DNA of 54,108 nt from an uncultured Bacilli bacterium (GTDB lineage: Bacteria > Bacillota_I > Bacilli_A > RF39 > UBA660). Location: assembly GCA_947632685.1 (NCBI GenBank), contig CANRQD010000001.1:1-54108 (forward strand), given 5' to 3'. The notes under the pieces are model-generated. The model saw only the letters and a list, made by a program, of their open reading frames with translations, was not told the DNA's origin and made no database searches. Below, piece by piece: positions 47,178 through 54,108 of the stretch. The stretch's first letter is position 1. The number at the start of each line of letters is the position of its first letter. Made by a program: the position numbers and the translations under genes.

Positions 47178-50100
47178 ATGAAAGAAATAGAATTAATAGA
47201 AAAAAGAAAACCACGTGAAAAACACTTTTTACAAGAAGACGGAACAATAGTTGCTAAAGTATATAGTGATGATGTTCATTATTTAAAAGATGGAAAATAT
47301 GAAGAGATTGATAATTCATTAATTAATGATAATGGCCTAATATATAATAAATGTAATGATTATAAAGCTGAATTTAAAGATGATTTTAGAGATTCACTAA
47401 TGAAAATTTCTAAGGATAATTATTATATTGATTTCAAAATTAAGCAGCTTAATACTGATAATTTTATAGAAGGAAAAAGAAAATTATCAAAGATGAATAA
47501 TAATATTACATATAATGATATTACAGATAATATATCTATAGAATACCAAACACTATCAAATAAAGTAAAAGAAACTATTATTTTAAGAAATAAACCTTGT
47601 TCTGTATTAACATTTGAATTGAATACTAATTTAAATATAATAAAAAGAAATGAAGAAATAATTGCACAGTCTTCTACTGGTCAAACACTATTTACAATTG
47701 AAAAACCTTATATGATTGACTTTAATAATGTAAGGTGTGATAATGCTTATTATTTGATTGATAGTTTTGAAGGTGGTTATTTATTAAAATTGATTCTTGA
47801 TGATGAATGGATGAATTCTAGTGAAAGAGTATTCCCTATATATATAGATCCGACAATTACAAATGAGAATCAAAATGCAAATTTATATGATACCTATATT
47901 TATCCAGGTGATACAGGTTCAAATAATGGTACTAAAGATATTTTAAAAGTTGGAGCAGAAAAGGTTAATGGTAATTCTAGAATTAATAGAGCATTAATAA
48001 AATTTGATTTACCAGAAATTGGTACAGGAAGTGAAATAATTTATGCTGATTTAACTTTGATTCCTTACATTTCTACAAGTAATAATAAAAATCCAAAAAC
48101 TTACTATATTACAGTTCATCGTATTACACAAGATTGGGATGAATCAACTGCAGATTGGAATCAAATGAACGATAAATATGATAAAAGAGTTGAAGCAATC
48201 ACAGATTTTGAAAGAAGTTATGTTGAAGGTTCATCTATTGTATATAGAATACTTGGTTTTGGTATTACTGAGTTAGTAAAAAGATGGTATAAAGATACTA
48301 AAAATTATGGTATAATGCTTAAATCTACAAAAGAAAATTATATTGATGACGATTTTCCTGCATTTTATTCAAAAAATAATACTGTTGCAGGTAATAGCAA
48401 TCCTAAACCAATTTTTTCAGTAACATATAGAAACCAAAATGGTTTGGAAGATTATTTAAATTATAACTCACAGAATTTTGAAATAGGTTCAACATATGTT
48501 AATACATATAATGGTAATTTAGTAGGAGTATTTAATATAGGTAATACAGTATGTAGTCAATTACCTGCAGAAGTGTCTTTAATATATAATACAAATGATG
48601 TTATACTAAAAAAGTCAACTTTTTTTGGTGAAGGTTTTAAATTAAATTTAGAACAAACTATTAAACAAACTAATATTAATAATATAGATTATTTAGAATA
48701 TGAAGATGAGGATGGTACTATACATTATTTTTATAAAAAAAGTTATCAATATCCATGGCAAGATATACCTGATAATTTATATTGTGATGAAGATGGATTA
48801 GGTCTAGAAATTGAAATACAAGATAACCAATATATAATGACTGATAAATCACATAATCAAAAAATATTTTCAAAAATTGGAAATGAATATCATTTAACTA
48901 AAATTTGTGACAATATTAATAATGAAATTAATATACAATTAGATTCTAATAATAGAATAATTAAAGTAATAGATTCTAATAATAAAGAAATATCATTAGT
49001 GTATAATGATTCTACTATAATTATAGAAAGTCCTAGTGAAAGTATAGTATTGGATATTTTTGAAAATTCAATAAATCAAATACAAACTTTTAAAGGCAAT
49101 ATGATGTTTAAATACAATAATAAATTAATTTCTTCTATCGTTGATATTAATGGATTAAAAATGGAATATGAGTATTACGAAAATAGTCCATATAAAATAA
49201 AGAAAGTAATTCAATACGGTCTAAATAATACTTTAGGAAGATATAATATATTTGAATATGGTAATGGAGCAACAACAATTGTTGATAATAATGATAGAAA
49301 GCAAACTCTACTATTTAACGAAAGTGGAAATTTACTTTCTATAAATACATTAGGTGATGATAATGATATTAGTAAAGCTTACTCATTAACTAATGAGTAT
49401 GGTATGGGATATAATGGAATGGACCAAAATAAAATTATTTCAAACACTATTCCTATGAAATATGTAAAAAATTACTTAAAAAATACAAGTTTTGAAAATG
49501 ATGAAGATTATTTTGAATATGATGGAAATGACCCAAATAATTTAGTAAAATCTTTTTCTGAAGAATCAACAAATTTAGGAAATCGTTCATTAAAAGTTTC
49601 TACAACAGATATTAATCAATCAGTATATCAGTTAATATCAGTTCCAAAAGGAAATTACTATACTTTTAGTTGTTATTTAAAAAATGATATTCCTGTTATA
49701 ATTTCATTAGGTTATACAAAAGATGATGGAACAAATGTATATGAAAGTCAAATAGCAGATGTTTCTGAAGAGTTTGGAAGAAATGATGTTACAATTTATT
49801 ATGATGAAAATGCTACAACAGATTTAAAAATAAAATTAGAACTTTCATTAGCAGGTGTTGCTTATATTGATGACATTCAATTGGAGGAAGGTAAAGTAGC
49901 TAACTCTTATAATATAATAGAAAATTCTGACTTTTCTGATGGCTTTAAGGATTGGGAATTTAAAGTAGTTAATATTGATGATTCTACTGAAGTATCAGAT
50001 ATATCTAAATTTTTTGAAATTATAAAATTAAATAATAGTCAAAATACTGCATTAAAAATAAATATGGATCCTAATTATACTACAAGATTTGGTAAAGAAT

Positions 50101-53100
50101 ATCCAATTAAAGGTAAAGAAAATGAACTTTTTACATTATCATTCTGGTATAAAAATGAAGGAGTGGAACCTTGCTTACCTCATGCAGGCAACACTATGAG
50201 TTTATATTTTTATCCAACTGACGGATGTATTCCAGAACTTCAATTAAATGCTGATTCTGATAAGTGGCAGTTTTTCTCATATAGAGGTAGAGCGCTTGCA
50301 GATTTCACATCTATTTACCTAGATTTTTTTCAATACATTAATGCTAATACTTTTTATATAACTAATATATCATTCTATAAAAATGTAACAAGTGGTGAGT
50401 ATGAATATGATAAAGATGGAAATCTTGTATCTATAAAAAGTGAGTCTGATATTGAAAGTGTATTTAAATTTGATGATAAAAATCAATTACTTTCTGCAAC
50501 TACTCCGATTGGAAGAAAATTTAGATTTGAATATGATAACGAAATTTCTACTCGATTATTAAATGCTTTATCTTATGATGGAATATCTAATACAATAGAC
50601 TATGATGAAAAAGGAAATCCAATAAGGACAAATATTTATCGTAGTAAGTATAAGGAAATAGAAAATGGAAAGTATAGAATAAGGTGCAAGGGTACAAAAA
50701 AATTTATAAAAGCAAAATATAGGGAAATAGTAGTCGAAGAAAATGCTTGTAGTAATACTGTTTGGAATATAAAAAAAATAGATGAAGGTTTCAAATTCAT
50801 TCATTCTATAATACCAGATTTTTCATTAGCATATAAAAATAATGTTATTGTTATAACAGATGATGATTCTTCTAACGTATTTACACTTGAACAAAATGAA
50901 AATGGAAGTTATCATATAAAAACATCTACAGAATATTTAAAAGCTGATAATGATGGTATTAGTATATGTCCACTTGAAAAAGATAATCCAGCATTTGAAT
51001 TTTATTTTGAAACTATAATAGATGAGTTTTTTGAAAATGATGCAGAATATGATATAAATAATAATTTTGTTAACAAACTTACTAAATCAGGATTAGATAC
51101 AGTTTCATATGATATTGATCCTTTAACTGGCTTGATAAAATCCATTACTGATAATAATGGAAATACAGTAGTATATAATTATAATGATAAAAAACAATTA
51201 TTATCTATTACAAGAGGTAATAGAACAATTGAATATAGCTACAATGATAATAATCTTTTATCTAAAGTATCACAAAATAATCTTGATTATAAATATACAT
51301 ATGATGATTTTTTTAATGTATTATCAGTTAAAATTGGTAATAATAGTAATAATTATATTAGTAATAATTATGATTATAATACTGGTAATTTAATTAAAAC
51401 AATATTTGGTAATAATCAAGAAATCACATATGAATATGATATATTTGACCGTTTAGTGTCAGTCGATTTTGGTGATGATTTATTTCAATATAATTATGAT
51501 AATAATGGTAATATAGCAAAAATAATTTCTAATGACCATATGCTAAAAAATGAATTTGATATTGCAAATAGATTAACTAACTATATATATGATGATTTTA
51601 AGATAAATTATACTTATGATAATGATAATAATCTTATATATCAAAAATATAAGTTAAATAAAAACAATAATTATATACAAAATACTATTGGTGATAATGA
51701 CTGCATTAGTAAAATATCATTTGATAATAATGAGATAAATTATGAGTATGATAGTTTAAATAGAGTATCTTCAATTTTATTACCTAATAATTGCGTTACA
51801 AAATTTACATATGCTTCAAATGGAAAAAGGACTACTGATTTAATAAAGAGCATAGAAAATAATGGTAATATATTTAACTATAAATATGATGAATTAGAAA
51901 ATTTATCAGAAATACATAATAATAATAGTATAACTAATAAATACTATTATGATGATTTAAATCAGTTAATAAAAGAAGAAAATTATAATTTAAATCAAAG
52001 CATAGAATATCTATATGATGATTCAGGAAATATTTTGTCTAAAACAACTAGAAGTTTAATTGACAATTCTATAATTAAAACAGATTCATATCAATATAAT
52101 GATTTAAGTTGGAGAGATTTGTTAACTCAATATAATGACATTAATATAGCATATGATGAAATTGGTAATCCTATTGCTATTGGTAATGATATTAATCTTA
52201 CTTGGACTTCAGGAAGAAATTTAAAAACTTATTCAAATATTTCAAAGAATTTACATATTGATTATAAATATAATTACGAAGGAATAAGAACTACTAAAAT
52301 TGTTAATGATACTAAAATAGATTATTTTCTTGAAGATAATCAAATTATATATGAAAATAGAGGTAATGATTTGATATATTATTTATATGATTCATCAGAG
52401 TTGCTTGGTTTAAAATATAATAATTGTTATTATTATTATGTCAAAAATATGCAAGATGATATAATTGGAATATTAAATAGTGCAGGTGAGCAGATTGTTT
52501 CATATGAATATGATAGTTGGGGAAAATTGTTGAGTATAAAAGATGAAAATGGTAAAGATATTACTGATAATAATAATATTGGATATATAAATCCTTTTAG
52601 ATATAGAAGCTATTATTATGATACAGAAACGGGATTATATTATCTTAACTCTAGGTATTATAATCCAGAATGGGCAAGATTTATTAGTCCAGATATGCTA
52701 ATATGTTCAAATCAAGATGTATTATCTTTCAATCTATTTACTTATGTTAGTAATAATCCAATAATGTATTCAGATCCAACAGGACAAGGATTTTTATCTA
52801 ATTTTATAAAAAAAGTAAAACAAAAAGTGAAGAAGGCTAAGAAAGCAATAACAAAGTTTGTTAATGACGTAGTAAAGTTTGTTCAAGATACAGTATCTTC
52901 AATATTTAGCTATAATGCTAATTATAAAAAAGTGAATAAAAAGTCAAATTATGGTTTGAGTTCGGTAGGAGTCGAACATGAAAATGCAACTGAATATAAT
53001 GTCCCGGTAATAGGAAAAAGTGACAGTTTTATTAAATATTCATCCACTGCAGTGGAGAAAAAATTAGAATTTAATGCTCCATATACTAATTCAAAGTTTG

Positions 53101-53366
53101 AGTATGGTAGATTTGGATTTAGTGGTTCTGCTGGATTTAAGATCCAAAAAACTACATATAGTGCTATAGGTGGTTTTGATGGAAAAAATTTATATGTAGG
53201 TTTTGAATCTAGTGTTTCAGTCGATGATATCAGTTCCATTAATAATGATTATAAATTTACTGTTAATGCATTACCAGTAGTGGCTATTATTATTATGGCT
53301 GTATTTCACATACCATTTCCAGCTAAAAGTACAGGTGTTGCACGTGCACTTGCCTTTTCACAATAA
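47178..53366 (+). CDS. RHS/YD-repeat polymorphic toxin, 2062 aa, no recognisable signal peptide
   Basis: AAGGAGG RBS. The N-terminus MKEIELIEKRKPREKHF is hydrophilic. Domains in order are a DNRLRE-like domain (about aa 225-400, RALIKFDLPEIGTGSEIIYADLTL), two CBM-like jelly-roll modules (about aa 765-1075), many YD repeats, and a beta-trefoil/ricin-like insert (about aa 1160-1290). The RHS core then ends YYNPEWARFISPD...NNPIMYSDPTGQG (D1866 at nt 52773), followed by a roughly 190-aa C-terminal domain. Confidence 0.9.
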   Translation: MKEIELIEKRKPREKHFLQEDGTIVAKVYSDDVHYLKDGKYEEIDNSLINDNGLIYNKCNDYKAEFKDDFRDSLMKISKDNYYIDFKIKQLNTDNFIEGKRKLSKMNNNITYNDITDNISIEYQTLSNKVKETIILRNKPCSVLTFELNTNLNIIKRNEEIIAQSSTGQTLFTIEKPYMIDFNNVRCDNAYYLIDSFEGGYLLKLILDDEWMNSSERVFPIYIDPTITNENQNANLYDTYIYPGDTGSNNGTKDILKVGAEKVNGNSRINRALIKFDLPEIGTGSEIIYADLTLIPYISTSNNKNPKTYYITVHRITQDWDESTADWNQMNDKYDKRVEAITDFERSYVEGSSIVYRILGFGITELVKRWYKDTKNYGIMLKSTKENYIDDDFPAFYSKNNTVAGNSNPKPIFSVTYRNQNGLEDYLNYNSQNFEIGSTYVNTYNGNLVGVFNIGNTVCSQLPAEVSLIYNTNDVILKKSTFFGEGFKLNLEQTIKQTNINNIDYLEYEDEDGTIHYFYKKSYQYPWQDIPDNLYCDEDGLGLEIEIQDNQYIMTDKSHNQKIFSKIGNEYHLTKICDNINNEINIQLDSNNRIIKVIDSNNKEISLVYNDSTIIIESPSESIVLDIFENSINQIQTFKGNMMFKYNNKLISSIVDINGLKMEYEYYENSPYKIKKVIQYGLNNTLGRYNIFEYGNGATTIVDNNDRKQTLLFNESGNLLSINTLGDDNDISKAYSLTNEYGMGYNGMDQNKIISNTIPMKYVKNYLKNTSFENDEDYFEYDGNDPNNLVKSFSEESTNLGNRSLKVSTTDINQSVYQLISVPKGNYYTFSCYLKNDIPVIISLGYTKDDGTNVYESQIADVSEEFGRNDVTIYYDENATTDLKIKLELSLAGVAYIDDIQLEEGKVANSYNIIENSDFSDGFKDWEFKVVNIDDSTEVSDISKFFEIIKLNNSQNTALKINMDPNYTTRFGKEYPIKGKENELFTLSFWYKNEGVEPCLPHAGNTMSLYFYPTDGCIPELQLNADSDKWQFFSYRGRALADFTSIYLDFFQYINANTFYITNISFYKNVTSGEYEYDKDGNLVSIKSESDIESVFKFDDKNQLLSATTPIGRKFRFEYDNEISTRLLNALSYDGISNTIDYDEKGNPIRTNIYRSKYKEIENGKYRIRCKGTKKFIKAKYREIVVEENACSNTVWNIKKIDEGFKFIHSIIPDFSLAYKNNVIVITDDDSSNVFTLEQNENGSYHIKTSTEYLKADNDGISICPLEKDNPAFEFYFETIIDEFFENDAEYDINNNFVNKLTKSGLDTVSYDIDPLTGLIKSITDNNGNTVVYNYNDKKQLLSITRGNRTIEYSYNDNNLLSKVSQNNLDYKYTYDDFFNVLSVKIGNNSNNYISNNYDYNTGNLIKTIFGNNQEITYEYDIFDRLVSVDFGDDLFQYNYDNNGNIAKIISNDHMLKNEFDIANRLTNYIYDDFKINYTYDNDNNLIYQKYKLNKNNNYIQNTIGDNDCISKISFDNNEINYEYDSLNRVSSILLPNNCVTKFTYASNGKRTTDLIKSIENNGNIFNYKYDELENLSEIHNNNSITNKYYYDDLNQLIKEENYNLNQSIEYLYDDSGNILSKTTRSLIDNSIIKTDSYQYNDLSWRDLLTQYNDINIAYDEIGNPIAIGNDINLTWTSGRNLKTYSNISKNLHIDYKYNYEGIRTTKIVNDTKIDYFLEDNQIIYENRGNDLIYYLYDSSELLGLKYNNCYYYYVKNMQDDIIGILNSAGEQIVSYEYDSWGKLLSIKDENGKDITDNNNIGYINPFRYRSYYYDTETGLYYLNSRYYNPEWARFISPDMLICSNQDVLSFNLFTYVSNNPIMYSDPTGQGFLSNFIKKVKQKVKKAKKAITKFVNDVVKFVQDTVSSIFSYNANYKKVNKKSNYGLSSVGVEHENATEYNVPVIGKSDSFIKYSSTAVEKKLEFNAPYTNSKFEYGRFGFSGSAGFKIQKTTYSAIGGFDGKNLYVGFESSVSVDDISSINNDYKFTVNALPVVAIIIMAVFHIPFPAKSTGVARALAFSQ

Positions 53367-53382
53367 CTTTATTTGTCAAAAA

Positions 53383-53414
53383 AGAGAGAAAAGATTATTA
53401 TTTTTCTCTTTTTT
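53383..53414 (+). terminator. Rho-independent terminator after the RHS gene
   Basis: Stem AGAGAAAA / TTTTCTCT with a 9-nt loop and a T run. Confidence 0.6.
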
Positions 53415-53449
53415 ATATTATAATATTTTTATAAAGGAAGGTGGTAATA

Positions 53450-54108
53450 ATGGTAAAGGAGAAAAAAATATTTTCAAAAACCGTAGAATTAAATATGTCG
53501 GAATATGTAAAAATGTTTAAAGCTATTCCTGATTTTTATTGGTCAGTACTTAAAAAAAGTTGTATAAATTTAATGGTGGTACTTTCTTTAATAGAATTAT
53601 ATTATAAAATGGATTTATTAAATTCTATTATATTTGATAGTGTAACTATATTACTAATTTCTATAATATATAAAATAAAAATAGATTGGTTGGCAAAAAA
53701 AATATATACACAACTACAAAATAAAAATAAAACAAAATATTCTATTATAAATGATTTTTATAAAACTTATTTGATAGTTAAAGATGGTGTTAATCAATCA
53801 AAATATATGTATTCTGATATGGATAAAATAATTGAAACTAATACAAATATATATTTATGTTTTGGTAAATATATATATTTTGTATGTAAAGAAAAATGCA
53901 CTAAAGATAATATTAATTTTATAAGGAATATTAATCCAAATATTTATTACAATAAAGAAGGTAAAAATAATTCTAAAATGTTATCTATAAAACAGCAAAA
54001 TTTTATTAGTAAATTATTATTAGTAATATTTATTGCTACTATTTTTAGTATATATGGTGCACTTATTACAATAGGTCTTTCAGCGCAAAATATTCCAAAT
54101 CATTTAGT
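53450..54108 (+). CDS. Membrane protein with YcxB-like central domain; candidate RHS immunity protein (3' end beyond window; not in ORF track)
   Basis: ATG 53450 behind an AGGAAGGTGG RBS, open to the window end. Sequence begins MVKEKKIFSKTVELNMSEYVKMFKAIPDFYW..., with TM helices LMVVLSLIELYY / VTILLISIIY and LLLVIFIATIFSIYGALITIGL. A TATAAT box lies at about 53418-53423, after the RHS terminator. Confidence 0.6.
   Translation, partial: MVKEKKIFSKTVELNMSEYVKMFKAIPDFYWSVLKKSCINLMVVLSLIELYYKMDLLNSIIFDSVTILLISIIYKIKIDWLAKKIYTQLQNKNKTKYSIINDFYKTYLIVKDGVNQSKYMYSDMDKIIETNTNIYLCFGKYIYFVCKEKCTKDNINFIRNINPNIYYNKEGKNNSKMLSIKQQNFISKLLLVIFIATIFSIYGALITIGLSAQNIPNHL

Larger units (their letters stand above)
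24254..54108 (+). mobile_element. Integrative conjugative element (Firmicute MPF-FA type, CTn/Tn1549-like backbone), left junction in yabG; right end beyond window
   Basis: A contiguous block of Rep/HTH, ParA, ParB, adhesin with sortase, SSB, MobC, relaxase, PcfB, T4CP, Maff2, VirB6-like, PrgI, VirB4 and a hydrolase, followed by cargo. It begins exactly where yabG homology ends. No integrase or second junction is seen. Confidence 0.85.

Noticed and set aside
5810-53239. Other antisense or alternate-frame track ORFs: 5810..5992, 7088..7393, 15138..15359, 17451..17888, 21258..21467, 26305..26610, 27295..27534, 29284..29538, 29560..29868, 33457..33687, 33617..33859, 36945..37196, 42440..42826, 42881..43123, 45644..45862, 50568..50804, 51184..51393(+), 52949..53239
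   Set aside because: Each is embedded in a well-supported + strand gene, shows the same compositional artefact, and has no RBS or recognisable motif. The range given spans the whole set.
53335-53520. 61-aa + strand ORF overlapping the RHS 3' end
   Set aside because: It starts inside the RHS gene, reads through the RHS terminator hairpin, and is out of frame with the well-initiated ORF at 53450 (strong RBS), which continues to the window end.

Overview
This is an AT-rich, origin-proximal chromosome segment from a low-GC, spore-forming Firmicute. Sporulation markers present are bofA, spoVT, yaaT/ricT and yabG, and the very short SRP RNA hints at Erysipelotrichia-like or related lineages. Every credible gene is on the + strand.

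Bases 1-24.25 kb are conserved housekeeping synteny: gyrB (5' partial), gyrA, SRP RNA, tadA, dnaX, ybaB, recR, bofA, holB, yaaT, two methyltransferases (yabB-like, rsmI), pth, mfd, spoVT, a T-box leader with metG, tatD, a SipW-type signal peptidase operon with three paralogous secreted proteins, rsmA/ksgA, and the 5' third of yabG.

At about 24.25 kb the yabG reading frame is broken by a large integrative conjugative element (ICE) that runs past the window end, so it is longer than 29.8 kb. No recombinase or right junction is visible.

The ICE carries these modules:
- Maintenance: a Rep/HTH protein, ParA and ParB.
- Surface adhesion: a thioester-domain adhesin with its own sortase.
- DNA processing: SSB, a candidate oriT, MobC and a relaxase.
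- Firmicute-type T4SS: PcfB, a VirD4-like coupling protein, Maff2, VirB6-like, PrgI-like, a VirB4-like ATPase and a cell-wall hydrolase.
- Cargo region (44.1-54.1 kb).

The cargo is the most interesting part. It holds an XRE-type regulator, a phage-style lysis cassette (holin-like protein, 2-TM holin, M23 endolysin without a signal peptide), a tail-collar protein, a 2062-aa RHS/YD-repeat polymorphic toxin with no recognisable secretion signal, an unrecognisable C-terminal toxin domain, and a downstream membrane protein that is a candidate immunity factor. The lysis cassette and the RHS operon are each preceded by the same ungapped 73-bp non-coding element. I propose co-regulated, lysis-cassette-mediated (T10SS-like) release of an RHS toxin as ICE cargo.

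All family assignments come from motif recognition by eye. No searches were run.
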